A stretch of DNA of 64,000 nucleotides from an uncultured Acidobacteriota bacterium (GTDB lineage Bacteria > Acidobacteriota > Thermoanaerobaculia > Gp7-AA8): the NCBI GenBank assembly GCA_963741955.1, contig CAVUKB010000001.1, positions 256,001 to 320,000 of the forward strand. Direction: 5' to 3'. Shown here piece after piece: positions 37,878 to 48,832 of the stretch. Made by a program: the position numbers and the translations under genes. Positions within the stretch are counted from its first letter, which is position 1. The number at the start of each line of letters is the position of its first letter. The notes under the pieces are model-generated. The model was not told where the DNA came from, did not search any database, and saw nothing but the letters and a program-made list of their open reading frames with translations.

Positions 37878-40460
37878 TCAGCTGCCTTCCCGCTTCGTAT
37901 TTTCTCGAGACTGAACGATTCTGGACCAGCGCTGGTCTTTTCTCAAGGATTTCAGGTCGGGATCACGTGTGAGCTCTCTGACTGGATAGCCATTCCTGGC
38001 TGCTTCGGCGAGGTATTGAACCGCCAGATCCCGCCGCCCTGCGAGCTCACACGCCACTCCGGACTCGTAATGGACGTAGCCGTCCCTGGGGGCCAGTTCT
38101 GCAGCGAGGGTGGCTTGAGAGACGGCGTCGGCATTGTGACCGGTCTTGGCCAGGCAGAGCGCCAGGAAGCTGTGAGTCTTCGGATTCCGCGGACGGACGG
38201 TGAGATCCTGCCGGAGAATTCTGATCGAGCGACCGAACGCCTCCGCTGCCCGCGTCGAGGACCTGGTCGAGAAGCGGTACGCGTCGCCCAGGAACGACCA
38301 GAGCACCGCGTCGTCGGGATTGAGAGCGGTGGCTCGCTCGTAAGAACTGGCCGCGTCGTCGTAATGCCCGGCGAAGAACTGGAGGGTGCCGAGGTTCGCG
38401 AATGCAAGGGCGTTGGGGCGGACTGCGATCGACTTCTGGAACTCGGCTTCCGCGTCATCGTAGCGGCCCATCTGGTGGTATGTGGCTCCGAGATTGTTCA
38501 GCACCCTGACATTGTCCGGAGTCAATCGAGCCGCGGTGTGGAGATAGGGCAGGGCCTTTTCGAACTCTCCGCGGATGGTGTAGAAGCCGGCGAGCTGGTT
38601 GTAGCCTTTCCAGTATTCCGGCCGGAGGTCGATCGCGCGGCGGAACAGCTTCTCGGCCTCCTGTATCCGCCCCTGATACTGCCGCACCAGAGCCAGTTCG
38701 GAGATCGCGTCGAAGGATGAAGAATCCTGCTGCAGAACGAGGAGGAGCTCTCGAGCGGCATCGTCGTAGCGATTCTCCAGCCGATATACTTTTCCCCGGG
38801 TCACGCGTACATCGGCGAGCGAAGGATCCTTCCGGATCGCTTCATCCGCTGCTTCGATCGCCCGTGAGGCCCACTCTCGATTCTGAGTGATCGCGAATTT
38901 CGCAAGGTACGCGCGGGCCAGTGAGCTCCGGACCAGAGGCGAGTCGCCGAGGGCTTCGAGGATCTTGATCGCCGCATCGACCGACCCTTCGTTTTCCTCG
39001 CGTCTCAGATAGCCGAGTGCCTCCAGGTAACGATCCTGCCTCATTGCGGGATCGACCTCCGGTCGGGGAGCCGGCGCTTTTCGGTCGAGCGCGTAAAGTA
39101 CCTGTTCCGCGATGCGGTCCTGAAGCGAGAAGAGCTGAGGAACGGTTCCGTTCGCGCTGCCGGCCGAGACCTGACGACCGACACGGTCGACCAGAGCATA
39201 CGTCGCCCTCACGTCCGCTCCGGAATACTGAAGCGAGCCGCGGACGATCACCTGGGCCCCCGATTCGCGAGCGACCTGTTCGGGGTCGGCCTCTCCGGTC
39301 GTGTCGCTCGGGGGAGCCACGACCCGGATCGACGATGCCGAGCCGAGGCGTGCACCGACGACTTCGGCAAATCCATCGCCGATCCGCTGCGATGCGGGAT
39401 CTCCGTTGAGGCTTCGGAACGGGAGGACCGTCACGTCGATTCGATCGTTCGGTTGAGCGAATGGATCTGCGGGGAAGAATCTGCGGACGCCGAGGTAGGC
39501 GACCGCCACCACCATGACGGCGAGCACTGTGAGTACGGGGATTCTCCAGGGGAAGGCAGTGCGGTGGGAGGAGATGGACCATTGCGCCGATCCGGCCGAC
39601 TCGGTGAGGCGGTCGCGGATGGAATCGAGCTCCTGTGCGAGGTCGAGGGTCGAGGCGTAACGCTCCGCTGGATCTTTCGAGAGGCAGCGTTTCACCACCC
39701 ACGCGAGCGGCTCCGGAATGCGCGGGTTGGCGCTTCGGAGGTCTTCCGGATCCTTGTGGATCACGGCGCTGAGCGTGTCGATCGGCGACTCTCCGCTGAA
39801 GGGCCGATGCCCGGAGAGCAGCTCGTAGAGGATCGATCCGAACGAGAACTGGTCGGAACGAAAATCGGTCCGTCCACCCCGCGCCTGTTCCGGAGACATG
39901 TACGCCGCGGTGCCGACGACGATTCCAGGATGCGTTGCGATGTCGAGCTCCGCCGTCTTTTCGTCGTCCGACACCGGCGGCTGAGCGACCTTCGCCAGTC
40001 CGAAGTCGAGGATCTTCGCGAAGCCGTCTCGCGTAATCATGACGTTCTGGGGCTTCAGATCGCGGTGGACGATCCCTTTCTCGTGCGCTGCGGCCAGACC
40101 GTGGGCGATCTGCGCGGCGATCCCGGTGAGCTTCCGCATCGACCAGCCGCTCTGCTGAGCGACGTCTCGAAGGTTGGCGCCGTCGATGAGCTCCATCGCG
40201 ATGAACGGCCTCCCTTCGTGCTCGGAGATCTCGTAGATCGTGACGATGTTGGGATGGTTCAGAGAGGACGCGGCGCGCGCCTCCTGCTGGAAGCGGGCGA
40301 GATACTCGCGGTTCGCTCCGAGATCGGTCGAGAGAAACTTGATCGCGATCTCGCGCTGCAGCTTCGGATCGCGGGCGCGATAGAGGACTCCCATCGCACC
40401 GGCTCCGAGGGAGGCGGTGATCTCGTACTGGCCGACACGATCTCCGGGGGCCAATTTCAT
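37878..40460 (-). CDS. Membrane Ser/Thr protein kinase with TPR repeats
   Basis: GAGAMG, IAIK, HRDLKPQN, DFG, YMSPEQ; TM helix; C-terminal TPRs. Confidence 0.95.
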   Translation of the reverse strand: MKLAPGDRVGQYEITASLGAGAMGVLYRARDPKLQREIAIKFLSTDLGANREYLARFQQEARAASSLNHPNIVTIYEISEHEGRPFIAMELIDGANLRDVAQQSGWSMRKLTGIAAQIAHGLAAAHEKGIVHRDLKPQNVMITRDGFAKILDFGLAKVAQPPVSDDEKTAELDIATHPGIVVGTAAYMSPEQARGGRTDFRSDQFSFGSILYELLSGHRPFSGESPIDTLSAVIHKDPEDLRSANPRIPEPLAWVVKRCLSKDPAERYASTLDLAQELDSIRDRLTESAGSAQWSISSHRTAFPWRIPVLTVLAVMVVAVAYLGVRRFFPADPFAQPNDRIDVTVLPFRSLNGDPASQRIGDGFAEVVGARLGSASSIRVVAPPSDTTGEADPEQVARESGAQVIVRGSLQYSGADVRATYALVDRVGRQVSAGSANGTVPQLFSLQDRIAEQVLYALDRKAPAPRPEVDPAMRQDRYLEALGYLRREENEGSVDAAIKILEALGDSPLVRSSLARAYLAKFAITQNREWASRAIEAADEAIRKDPSLADVRVTRGKVYRLENRYDDAARELLLVLQQDSSSFDAISELALVRQYQGRIQEAEKLFRRAIDLRPEYWKGYNQLAGFYTIRGEFEKALPYLHTAARLTPDNVRVLNNLGATYHQMGRYDDAEAEFQKSIAVRPNALAFANLGTLQFFAGHYDDAASSYERATALNPDDAVLWSFLGDAYRFSTRSSTRAAEAFGRSIRILRQDLTVRPRNPKTHSFLALCLAKTGHNADAVSQATLAAELAPRDGYVHYESGVACELAGRRDLAVQYLAEAARNGYPVRELTRDPDLKSLRKDQRWSRIVQSRENTKREGS

Positions 40461-40509
40461 ATTCAGGAACCGTCCGTTTGGTCTGATCATAATACAGCGG
40501 CAAGCGGCG

Positions 40510-40668
40510 AGCGACGAGAGACTCGAGGCTCGAGGCTCGAGTCTCGAGACGGGAGTCTGGAGTCTGGAGTCTGGAGACGGGAGACGGGAGACGGGAGTCT
40601 GGAGTCTGGAGACGGGAGACGGGAGACGGGAGTCTGGAGACGAGGGGCGAGGGGCGAGGGGCGAGAGA
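40510..40668. repeat. 7-bp tandem array (GAGGCTC/GAGTCTG/GAGACGG/GAGGGGC)
   Basis: About 22 units read directly. Confidence 0.9.
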
Positions 40669-40697
40669 GTTGAGCCCGGCCTGCGCGTCCGCCCCCG

Positions 40698-41567
40698 CTA
40701 TCTGGCCGCGTCTGCGGCGAGATCAGCCATGTAGGACGAGCGGACGAACGGGCCGGAGAAGACGGCGCGGAATCCCATCGCTTCGCCCCGAATCCGGTAT
40801 TCATCGAAGACGTCGGGATGAACGTACTCGACGACTTCGAGCTTGACCTTCTTCGGCTGGAGGTATTGACCGATAGTGAGTATGTCGCACGAGGCCTCGC
40901 GCAGCTTCTCCATGGTGGAGATCACGTCGTCTCTCGTTTCTCCGAGGCCGAGCATGAACCCCGATTTGGTGAGAATCGACGGATCGACCTCCCGGGCGAA
41001 CCGGAGGACGTCGAGGGATCGCGAGAATCGGGCACCCGGCCTGACGTGACGATAGAGCGAAGGGACCGTCTCGACGTTGTGATTGAAGATCTGCGGCGCA
41101 GCCTCGACCACGATCTCGACGCTGTTGCGGTCGCCCTTGAAATCGGGGGTCAGGACTTCGATCGTGCTCTCCGGGAGGAGCGCCCGCACCTCTCGGATGG
41201 TGGCCGCGAAATGCGCGGCGCCGCCGTCGGGGAGGTCGTCGCGGTCGACCGACGTGATCACGACGTGACGGAGATTCATCTTCTTCGCCGCAACCGCAAC
41301 GGAGTGAGGTTCGAGCGGTGAGGGTGGGGTAGATGGAAGACCCTGTTCCACGTTGCAGAAGCCGCACTGGCGGGTGCAGACGTCACCGAGGATCATGAAG
41401 GTCGCCGTGCCGCGGGTGAAGCATTCCGAGCGGTTCGGGCAGGCGAGCGATTCACAGACGGTGTGAAGCGAGTTACTGCGGAACAGCGTCTTGAGCTCGT
41501 GAAGCGAGCGGAGGCTGATCTTCTTTTCGCGGATCCATTCCGGGAGACGGGGGGCGGGGTTGCTCAT
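40698..41567 (-). CDS. lipA: Lipoyl synthase
   Basis: CESLACPNRSEC, CTRQCGFC, TSVDRDDL, GQYLQP, RSSY. Confidence 0.96.
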   Translation of the reverse strand: MSNPAPRLPEWIREKKISLRSLHELKTLFRSNSLHTVCESLACPNRSECFTRGTATFMILGDVCTRQCGFCNVEQGLPSTPPSPLEPHSVAVAAKKMNLRHVVITSVDRDDLPDGGAAHFAATIREVRALLPESTIEVLTPDFKGDRNSVEIVVEAAPQIFNHNVETVPSLYRHVRPGARFSRSLDVLRFAREVDPSILTKSGFMLGLGETRDDVISTMEKLREASCDILTIGQYLQPKKVKLEVVEYVHPDVFDEYRIRGEAMGFRAVFSGPFVRSSYMADLAADAAR

Positions 41568-41633
41568 CGGGGGAAGTTTAGCCGAAACCATCTGATCTCT
41601 GTCGGCCCGCATCGGCTCCGTTCCACCAAAACT

Positions 41634-41681
41634 GAGATAACCGATAACCGATAACCGATAACCGATAACAGATACCAGATA
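41634..41681. repeat. 7-bp tandem array (GATAACC)
   Basis: About 6-7 units. Confidence 0.88.
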
Positions 41682-41704
41682 AAAAGGCCGCCTTGCGGCG
41701 GCCT
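41681..41704 (-). terminator. Rho-independent terminator of carD
   Basis: AGGCCGCC-GCAA-GGCGGCCT followed by a T run. Confidence 0.85.
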
Positions 41705-41727
41705 CATCTCGGGGTCCGGGGAAGATC

Positions 41728-42231
41728 TCAGTGCTCGAGCATGACCAGCGACTTGTTCAGTGCCTTCTCGATCTGCGCTTCAGCTTCCGGTTCGGTGATT
41801 CCGCGGACGATTGCGATCTCGGATACGAGCAGATACTTTGCGCGCTCGTACATCTTTTTCTCGCGGAACGAAAGGCTCTTTCGCTTGGAGATCTGATTGA
41901 GGTTCTTCAGGACCAGGGCGACGTCCTCGAGTTTTCCGCTCTTCATCTTCTCGAGATTTTCACGATACCTGTCTTTCCAGTCCGAGGGTCCCTTCTGTGC
42001 GGTTTCTTCGAGGAGCCCGAAGAGAACCTTGATCTGTTTCTGCATGTACAGGCGCCGCAGTCCGATTCGATCGGTGTTCGAGATCGGGACCATCAGCTTG
42101 GAGTCGTTGGCGAGGAGACGAAGATGGAGAAAGGTGTTTCTGGTGCCGTTCAGGTTGAATTCGCCAATCTGCTCGACGACCGAGACACCATGGTTCGGAT
42201 AGACAACTTTATCGCCGATTTTGTATGTCAA
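41728..42231 (-). CDS. carD: CarD/CdnL family transcription factor
   Basis: YKIGDKVVYPNHGV, IGLR, LSFREKKMYE; TTG start with AAGGAG RBS. Confidence 0.92.
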   Translation of the reverse strand: MTYKIGDKVVYPNHGVSVVEQIGEFNLNGTRNTFLHLRLLANDSKLMVPISNTDRIGLRRLYMQKQIKVLFGLLEETAQKGPSDWKDRYRENLEKMKSGKLEDVALVLKNLNQISKRKSLSFREKKMYERAKYLLVSEIAIVRGITEPEAEAQIEKALNKSLVMLEH

Positions 42232-42466
42232 GGGAGACTCCTTCTACTCAGGTTTTTCCGATCAACCACTCAAGAGGGTCGAGAGCGAGGGCTCTGAAGG
42301 GATGTTCCGCGATGCGTGGAGGCACGGCGGAGAGCCCGCTCGACAGATGGGTCATTCTAGCACAGAATGGCCGTTTTGCAGCCGTTTCCGGTGTCGAACG
42401 AGTGAATAAGGGGCGTCTTTCGACGCCTCGACCCCGGTCGGATCACAATTGGGCGCTCGGGCCCGT

Positions 42467-43429
42467 TCATTCTTCGTGCGGACGAAGGCGCCGGATCAAC
42501 TGATGCAGCCGGTCGAGCCCGTCTCGACGTTCCCCCTCGGATCCGGTCAGCAGGTCTTCGATGTGCTGGAGCTCGAGATAGATCTCCACTGTGGGCATCG
42601 GCTGGAGCTCATCCGGGAGAGCGTTTCCGCGGTCGCCGCTCGTCTGCGGAGGAGTTCCAACCGCCGGTGGCACGGCGAGTTGCGGCGGGAGCCCGGCTTT
42701 TCCTTCCAGGGACGTCACAAGCGATTGTGACAGTGATCGGATGGCCGCCGCGTCTCCGCGGTCGATCGCATGATCCAGCATCTTCGTGGTCTGCACGTCT
42801 TCATAAAACGGGCTGGACGGCTCGTCGACGAGCTCCGCCCGAACCAGCGAGAGGACCAGGGTCGACGGCCCGCCCGATCCCTTTTCCACGCGCGCGTATG
42901 TGGTCGCCTTCGCATGGGCTGCGACGGCAGGAAAGGGAATGCTCTTCGTCTCTCCTGCTCCGAGCCACACACCGATCTGGATCGTCTGGACCCTTTTCTC
43001 GCCGCCGACCGGCGTGTACTCGAGCTCGACGTGGTCGAGCCACGTCCGGCGGTTGTGTATGAACAGGAGCCGTCGCGCCGGAAGCTCCGCGCGGAGCTCG
43101 TACACCAGGTCGCCCTCGATGGTGCTTTTCGCCAGCCGGTCCGCCGGGATGTCGTCGGGGATGGTGAACGAATCGGAGACCTGGCCCTGAGGTTCCCTCC
43201 GGTAACTCGCCCACTGGTAGCTTCCCTCGGAGCGCTCGCCGCGAAGGATCGCGAGGTCCTGAGCGACGATGCGCTGCAGGATGTCCTTCGGCAGATTGCG
43301 TCCGCTGACCTCGAGAATCCGGAGAATCGTCTTCGCGTCGTCGCGGACCTGGCTGGTGTTCGCGGTTTCGATGGCCGGAAGCGACGCGGCACAGAGAGTG
43401 ATGGCGATGAATCCGATGAACTTCTTCAT
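42467..43429 (-). CDS. Secreted hypothetical protein
   Basis: Signal peptide MKKFIGFIAITLCAASLPA; ATGA overlap with deoB. Confidence 0.7.
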   Translation of the reverse strand: MKKFIGFIAITLCAASLPAIETANTSQVRDDAKTILRILEVSGRNLPKDILQRIVAQDLAILRGERSEGSYQWASYRREPQGQVSDSFTIPDDIPADRLAKSTIEGDLVYELRAELPARRLLFIHNRRTWLDHVELEYTPVGGEKRVQTIQIGVWLGAGETKSIPFPAVAAHAKATTYARVEKGSGGPSTLVLSLVRAELVDEPSSPFYEDVQTTKMLDHAIDRGDAAAIRSLSQSLVTSLEGKAGLPPQLAVPPAVGTPPQTSGDRGNALPDELQPMPTVEIYLELQHIEDLLTGSEGERRDGLDRLHQLIRRLRPHEE

Positions 43430-44607
43430 GTGCGATCTCCCACGACTCGCCCGAGGACGCTCTCGCCGAGCAGGTCGCTGCAGTCGATACCGAGATGTGC
43501 ACAGACCGATGCCCCGAGGTCTGCGAATGTCGGACGCGTTCCGATCTCGGAGCCGCCGCGGACGGCCGGTCCTGCGATGAGCAGAGGGACGTATTCGCGT
43601 GTGTGATCGGTCGAGACGTCGGTGGGATCGCATCCATGGTCGGCGGTGATGAAGAGGAGATCTCCTTCGCGCAGCGACTCCAGCACCGGCCGGATCTCGT
43701 CGTCGAACGTCTCCAGGGCACGGCCGTAGCCGTGAACGTCATTGCGGTGACCGTACTTCGAGTCGAAGTCGACCAGGTTGGTGAAGATCAGGCTCGCCTC
43801 CGATTCGAGGACCAGCGAGAGGGTTTTCGCCATCCCGTCGGAGTTGGACTCGGAGCGGATCTCGTCGTCGATGCCCACCCGGTCGAAGATGTCGGCGATC
43901 TTTCCCACCGCGGCGACCCGCCTCCCGGACTGGTGTACGCGCTCGACCACCGTCGGCCCGGTCGGGGTGACCGAGAGGTCTCTCCGGTTCGCAGTCCGTT
44001 TGAACGCACCGCGGTGGGGTCCGACGAAAGGGCGGGCGATGATCCGCCCGATGTTGTGCTCTCCCCGCATGATCTCCCGGGCGATCCCGCAGATGCGCCA
44101 GAGCTCTTCCGGCGGGATCACCTCTTCGTGCGCGGCGACCTGGAAAACCGAATCCGCCGAGGTGTAGACGATCGGCGATCCGCTGCGCATGTGCTCTTCG
44201 CCGAGCTCGTCCAGGATCACCGTTCCTGAAGCCGTCCTGTTGCCCAGCGTCTTCCGGCCGATGCGTGACTCGAACTCAAGGATGATCTCCTCGGGAAAAC
44301 CGTCCGGATAGGTGCGGAACGGCTCGGTGACGAGGAGCCCCATCATCTCCCAATGCCCGGTCGTGGTGTCTTTACCTGCCGAACGCTCGGCCATCCGGCC
44401 GAACGCGGCGACGGGAGCGACGGAGCTGGCCGGCGCGGGAAGGGTATGCAGGAGGCCGAGCTGCTCGAGATTCGGAAGGGAAGGGCGAGCCTGTTCGAGG
44501 ATGTGCCCGAGAGTATTGGAGCCGCGATCTCCGTACTCGGCTGCGTCGGGGAGCTCGCCGACACCGAGGGAATCGCAGACGATGACGATGGCGCGGTTGC
44601 GGTTCAT
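43426..44607 (-). CDS. deoB: Phosphopentomutase
   Basis: DSLGVGELPDA, GKDTTTGHWE, YTSADSVFQ, NLVDFDSKYGHR, TADHGCDP, DHTREYVP. Confidence 0.96.
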   Translation of the reverse strand: MNRNRAIVIVCDSLGVGELPDAAEYGDRGSNTLGHILEQARPSLPNLEQLGLLHTLPAPASSVAPVAAFGRMAERSAGKDTTTGHWEMMGLLVTEPFRTYPDGFPEEIILEFESRIGRKTLGNRTASGTVILDELGEEHMRSGSPIVYTSADSVFQVAAHEEVIPPEELWRICGIAREIMRGEHNIGRIIARPFVGPHRGAFKRTANRRDLSVTPTGPTVVERVHQSGRRVAAVGKIADIFDRVGIDDEIRSESNSDGMAKTLSLVLESEASLIFTNLVDFDSKYGHRNDVHGYGRALETFDDEIRPVLESLREGDLLFITADHGCDPTDVSTDHTREYVPLLIAGPAVRGGSEIGTRPTFADLGASVCAHLGIDCSDLLGESVLGRVVGDRT

Positions 44608-44609
44608 GT

Positions 44610-45929
44610 TCACCTCGAACGGATGGTTTCGTGAATCAGGGGGCGTTTCGCGGGTGGTGCGTCGGTGATCTGGACGAACGAGAGGAAGCGTGTCCGGAGC
44701 TCGTGCTCGTCCCGTCCTTCGCGACCGATGAGGAGCCGCGCGATCGGCTCGCCGGTCCGGACCGCGTCTCCCGGCTTCCTGTCGAACATGATACCCGCGG
44801 CGGGATCGATCTCGTCGTTCTGCTGCTTTCGGCCCGCGCCGAGGTCGACTCCGAACATTCCGGCAGCGTAGGTGTCGATCTTCGCCACGAAACCGTCGCG
44901 AGGAGCACGGATCTCGATGACTTTCTTCGGCTGGGCGAGCCGTTCGGGGTGGTCGACGATCTCCGGGTCGCCTCCCTGCGCCGCGATCCACTTTCGAGCA
45001 TGCTCGAGTGCGGCGCCGGACGAGAGAACCTCCTCGATCTTCGCGTTCGCCGTCTCGGGAGTGAACTGACCGCTCATCACCAGGATGCGTGCGGCCTGGG
45101 CGCGGGTGAGGGCGGCGGAGTCGGCCGGACCGCCGCCGCTGAGGATCTCGAACGACTCGGCGACCTCATTGGCATTTCCTGCGGCGACGCCGAGTGGTGC
45201 ATCCATGTCGGTGATCATCGCCTCGACGCTGGTGGCGGCCCCTTTCGCCGCGCCGACCAGGCTCAAGGCGAGCGCGCGACTGGCGTCGTATTCACGCATG
45301 AACGCGCCGCTGCCGGTCTTCACGTCGAGAAGGAGTGCGGATGCTCCCATGGCGAGCTTCTTGGACATGATCGACGCGGTGATCAGGGCGAGAGACTCGA
45401 CGGTGCCGGTCACGTCACGAAGGGCGTACATCTTCCGGTCGGCAGGGGCGATCCGGTCGGTGGAGGTGGCGATCGCGCAGCCCACCTCGTCGAGGCACTG
45501 CTCGAGCTCCTCCCGCGAAAGGCGCGCGTTGAATCCGGGAATCGCGTCGAGCTTGTCCAGCGTTCCGCCGGTGTGTCCGAGGCCCCGGCCGGAGAGCATG
45601 GCGATCTTCACGCCGCACGCGGCGACGAGGGGAGAAAGTGGGATCGAGATCTTGTCTCCCACTCCTCCGGTCGAGTGTTTGTCGGCGATGAAGTCGTATT
45701 TCTTGTGGAGCTCCCACTGCTCTCCGGAAGCGATCATGGCCCGGGTGAGCGTGGCGGTCTCTTTCGAGCTCATGCCTTGTATGGCGATGGCCATCAGGAG
45801 TGACGCCATCTGGTAGTCGGGAATGGCCCCGGCGGCATAGCGCGAGACGAAGAACTGAATGTCCGAATCGGGGAGCTGCTCGCCTCGGCGCTTACGGTTG
45901 AGAACCTCGTAGGGTGAGAAGTCGGTCAT
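44610..45929 (-). CDS. pdp: Thymidine/pyrimidine-nucleoside phosphorylase
   Basis: [39 protein letters not shown]. Confidence 0.93.
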   Translation of the reverse strand: MTDFSPYEVLNRKRRGEQLPDSDIQFFVSRYAAGAIPDYQMASLLMAIAIQGMSSKETATLTRAMIASGEQWELHKKYDFIADKHSTGGVGDKISIPLSPLVAACGVKIAMLSGRGLGHTGGTLDKLDAIPGFNARLSREELEQCLDEVGCAIATSTDRIAPADRKMYALRDVTGTVESLALITASIMSKKLAMGASALLLDVKTGSGAFMREYDASRALALSLVGAAKGAATSVEAMITDMDAPLGVAAGNANEVAESFEILSGGGPADSAALTRAQAARILVMSGQFTPETANAKIEEVLSSGAALEHARKWIAAQGGDPEIVDHPERLAQPKKVIEIRAPRDGFVAKIDTYAAGMFGVDLGAGRKQQNDEIDPAAGIMFDRKPGDAVRTGEPIARLLIGREGRDEHELRTRFLSFVQITDAPPAKRPLIHETIRSR

Positions 45930-45992
45930 GTCCGCGGTATTGTAGACGACGGCGATAGAGCAGCGGGGGCGGGGTTGCAGAAGAGACGACGA

Positions 45993-46715
45993 ATGCAGAA
46001 GTCAGAATCCGGGACGAAGAGCAAAGGAGAGAGCGAGGCGGCGCGTTCCGCGGTCGTTCTGGTGAGCGGGGGGCTCGATTCGGCGACCGTCCTGGCGATC
46101 GCGAAGAGCGAAGGGAGGCGGATTCACGCCCTCTCGTTCGATTACGGTCAACGGCACCGGATCGAGCTCGAGGCGTGCCGTCGCGTCTGCGAGAGGTCCG
46201 GAGTCGATGAGCATCGAATCGTCGTCGTCGACTTCCGCCCCTTCGGCGGGAGCGCGCTGACCGATTCGATCGACGTCCCCCGCGACGCGCTCGGGGATGC
46301 AGGCATTCCGGTGACCTACGTTCCGGCGAGGAACACCGTCTTCCTCGCGATGGCGCTGGCGTTCGCCGAGCCGCGCGGAGCCGCGGAGATCTGGATCGGG
46401 GTGAATGCCCTCGATTACAGCGGCTATCCGGACTGCCGGCCCGAGTTCATCGACGCATTCCAGGAAGTGATCTTCACCGGAACGAAGAGCGGAGTCGAAC
46501 GGCGGGAGCCGAGACTCGTCGCTCCTCTGCTCCGGATGACCAAGAAAGAGATCATCGAGACCGGTCTCCGGCTCGGGGTCGATTATTCGATCACGCATTC
46601 GTGTTACGACCCGGACGAGGGAGGGCTCGCGTGCGGCCATTGCGACTCCTGCCTCCTGCGGAAGAAAGGATTCGAAGAGGCGGGAGTGGCTGACCCGACC
46701 CGGTACCAGCGATGA
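45993..46715 (+). CDS. queC: 7-cyano-7-deazaguanine synthase
   Basis: SGGLDS, YGQRH, TYVPARN, YPDCR, SCY...CGHCDSC. Confidence 0.96.
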   Translation: MQKSESGTKSKGESEAARSAVVLVSGGLDSATVLAIAKSEGRRIHALSFDYGQRHRIELEACRRVCERSGVDEHRIVVVDFRPFGGSALTDSIDVPRDALGDAGIPVTYVPARNTVFLAMALAFAEPRGAAEIWIGVNALDYSGYPDCRPEFIDAFQEVIFTGTKSGVERREPRLVAPLLRMTKKEIIETGLRLGVDYSITHSCYDPDEGGLACGHCDSCLLRKKGFEEAGVADPTRYQR

Positions 46716-47347
46716 TCCGTATCACGGAGATCTTCCATTCCATCCAGGGCGAATCGACCCACGCCGGGCGCCGGTGCACGTTCGTGCGTCTCGCCGGCTG
46801 CAATCTCCGGTGCCGCTGGTGCGATTCGGAGTACACCTTCACCGGCGGCGAGAAGATGTCGCTCGACGACATCATGGCGAGAGTGGGGGAGTGGCACTGC
46901 GGGTTGGTCGAGGTCACGGGAGGTGAGCCGCTGGCCCAGCGGGAATCGCTCGATCTGATCCGGCGCCTCTGCGATGACGGCTACGAAGTGCTGATCGAGA
47001 CGTCCGGGTCGATCGACATCACTCCGGTGGATCGTCGTGCAAGGATCATCCTCGACGTGAAATGCCCCGGGTCGGGCGAATCGGAGAAGAATCTCTGGGA
47101 GAACCTCGATCATCTCCGCGATCACGACGAGGTCAAGTTCGTTCTCGCAGATCGCAAGGACTACGAGTGGGCGAGAGAGTCGCTCTCCCGGCGAGGGCTC
47201 GCCGGCCGCACGATTCTCTTCTCGCCGGTCTGGGGGGAGCTCGATCTCCGGAGCCTCGCCGGATGGATTCTCGAGGACCGCATCCCGGTACGCCTCCAGT
47301 CGCAGCTCCACAAACAAATCTGGGGAGGAGAGGCGAGAGGGGTGTGA
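46712..47347 (+). CDS. queE: 7-carboxy-7-deazaguanine synthase (radical SAM)
   Basis: [28 protein letters not shown]. Confidence 0.95.
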   Translation: MIRITEIFHSIQGESTHAGRRCTFVRLAGCNLRCRWCDSEYTFTGGEKMSLDDIMARVGEWHCGLVEVTGGEPLAQRESLDLIRRLCDDGYEVLIETSGSIDITPVDRRARIILDVKCPGSGESEKNLWENLDHLRDHDEVKFVLADRKDYEWARESLSRRGLAGRTILFSPVWGELDLRSLAGWILEDRIPVRLQSQLHKQIWGGEARGV

Positions 47348-47358
47348 AAGCATCGAGG

Positions 47359-47487
47359 ATCTGTTATCTGCTATCTGGTATCTGATATTGGAGATCTGCC
47401 GCGCAATGCCGGATCGCGCCAGATCCCAGATCCCAGATCCCAGATCCCAGATCCCAGATCCCAGATAACAGATAACAGATAACAGAT
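47359..47487. repeat. Oppositely oriented heptamer arrays (ATCTGTT-type, then AGATCCC x6 and AGATAAC x3)
   Basis: Read directly; the arms are complementary. Confidence 0.88.
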
Positions 47488-47519
47488 GTGAGATGCTTCT
47501 TTTGCTAGACTGCGCGATC

Positions 47520-47933
47520 ATGAAACCGACCCTCGATCACATCGGAATCGCCGTCAGGTCGATCGAGGACGCTTCGATCTGGAAGGATCTGGGTCTGACC
47601 ATCGATCACGTCGAGACGGTGGAGAGCCAGAAGGTGACCACGGCGTTCATTCGCGTCGGTGACGCGAACCTCGAGCTCCTGGAGCCGACCGGCCCCGACT
47701 CCACCGTGGCCGGCTTCATCGAAAAGAGAGGCGAAGGGATCCATCACATCTGCCTTCGGGTCGACGACATCGAACTGGAGCTCGAGAAGCTTCAGGCGAA
47801 GGGATATCGTCTGATCAACCCCGACCCGGTCCCCGGTGCGCACGGATGCCGTGTCGCATTCCTTCATCCGGCGGCCGGCCACGGGGTGCTGATCGAACTG
47901 AGTGAGATTGCGAAGCAGGACCATCATGATTGA
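47520..47933 (+). CDS. mce: Methylmalonyl-CoA epimerase
   Basis: DHIGIAV, LELLEP, GEGIHHI, GAHG...AFLHP...GVLIEL. Confidence 0.92.
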   Translation: MKPTLDHIGIAVRSIEDASIWKDLGLTIDHVETVESQKVTTAFIRVGDANLELLEPTGPDSTVAGFIEKRGEGIHHICLRVDDIELELEKLQAKGYRLINPDPVPGAHGCRVAFLHPAAGHGVLIELSEIAKQDHHD

Positions 47934-48267
47934 AGGCTTTACCGAATCGGCGATCGTGATCGTGAACCTCGTCAACCCGCGCGAGAAGTTCTGGGGAAAG
48001 CTTCTCTCGATGAGTCCCGTCGGGGTGACCCTGCGAGGGATCAACCTCGACACGTTCGACGACTGGATGCGCCAGATCCGCCGCGCCGAGCCGGGGGAGC
48101 AGACCCTCGACCTCGCGACGATGTTCGTTCCGATCTCACGCGTCGAACGAATCTTTCTCGACGAGCCGGTCGGGACCGTCCGTTCCTTTTCACAACAGTT
48201 CGAGCAGGTCACCGGGATGTCGCCGCTCGAATACCTCGGAGACATTCCTCCATCGAAGGAGATGTGA
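47926..48267 (+). CDS. Conserved hypothetical protein
   Basis: Overlaps mce; PREKFWG...RGI...MFVP..RVERI. Confidence 0.75.
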   Translation: MIEGFTESAIVIVNLVNPREKFWGKLLSMSPVGVTLRGINLDTFDDWMRQIRRAEPGEQTLDLATMFVPISRVERIFLDEPVGTVRSFSQQFEQVTGMSPLEYLGDIPPSKEM

Positions 48268-48830
48268 TGCGCCGGATGCTTCCCCTGCTTCTCGTCCTTC
48301 TCGCGTCATTTCCAATCGCGTGCAACCGGGAGAAGCTCGTTCCTCTCAGCGAATACGAAGTGACGGACGTCGAAGCGAAGGCGTACAACTTCAACGTCTT
48401 TCCCGGCGCACACTTCCTCGAGCCGCAGACCCAGCTTCTGCGCAAGGCGCATTTCGTCCTTCATCCGAAGGCGAAGGAGGCTCCTCCGATGGCGATGTAC
48501 GACACGGAGAAGCCGATCGAGGAAGTCGCCGAGTACTACGCGAACCTTTACGGCTACCAGTTGCTGCAACCGAACGAAGCGAAAAAGGCGAAGGAAAAGC
48601 CGCAGGCCTACTACAGCGAAGGGAGTCTCAGGACCGACGCCCAGGCACTCATTCCGCTTCTCCCGAAGCTCGGCTTGAGCGCCGACGTGAGCGGCGCCAC
48701 GGGAGGATACAAGGGTGTCTATGTCGCTCCCACCGAGAAGTATCCACGGGTGACTCTCCAGCGTCCCTATTACGACGTCCTGAGCAACACGACGGTCGAC
48801 AAGACCCTGATCATCCTCGTGCGGGAGTAG
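48267..48830 (+). CDS. Hypothetical lipoprotein
   Basis: Signal with PIAC lipobox; TGATG coupling. Confidence 0.75.
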   Translation: MRRMLPLLLVLLASFPIACNREKLVPLSEYEVTDVEAKAYNFNVFPGAHFLEPQTQLLRKAHFVLHPKAKEAPPMAMYDTEKPIEEVAEYYANLYGYQLLQPNEAKKAKEKPQAYYSEGSLRTDAQALIPLLPKLGLSADVSGATGGYKGVYVAPTEKYPRVTLQRPYYDVLSNTTVDKTLIILVRE

Positions 48831-48832
48831 CG

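Noticed and set aside
45930-45992. preQ1 riboswitch upstream of queC (or queA)
   Set aside because: No recognisable aptamer stem or A-rich tail
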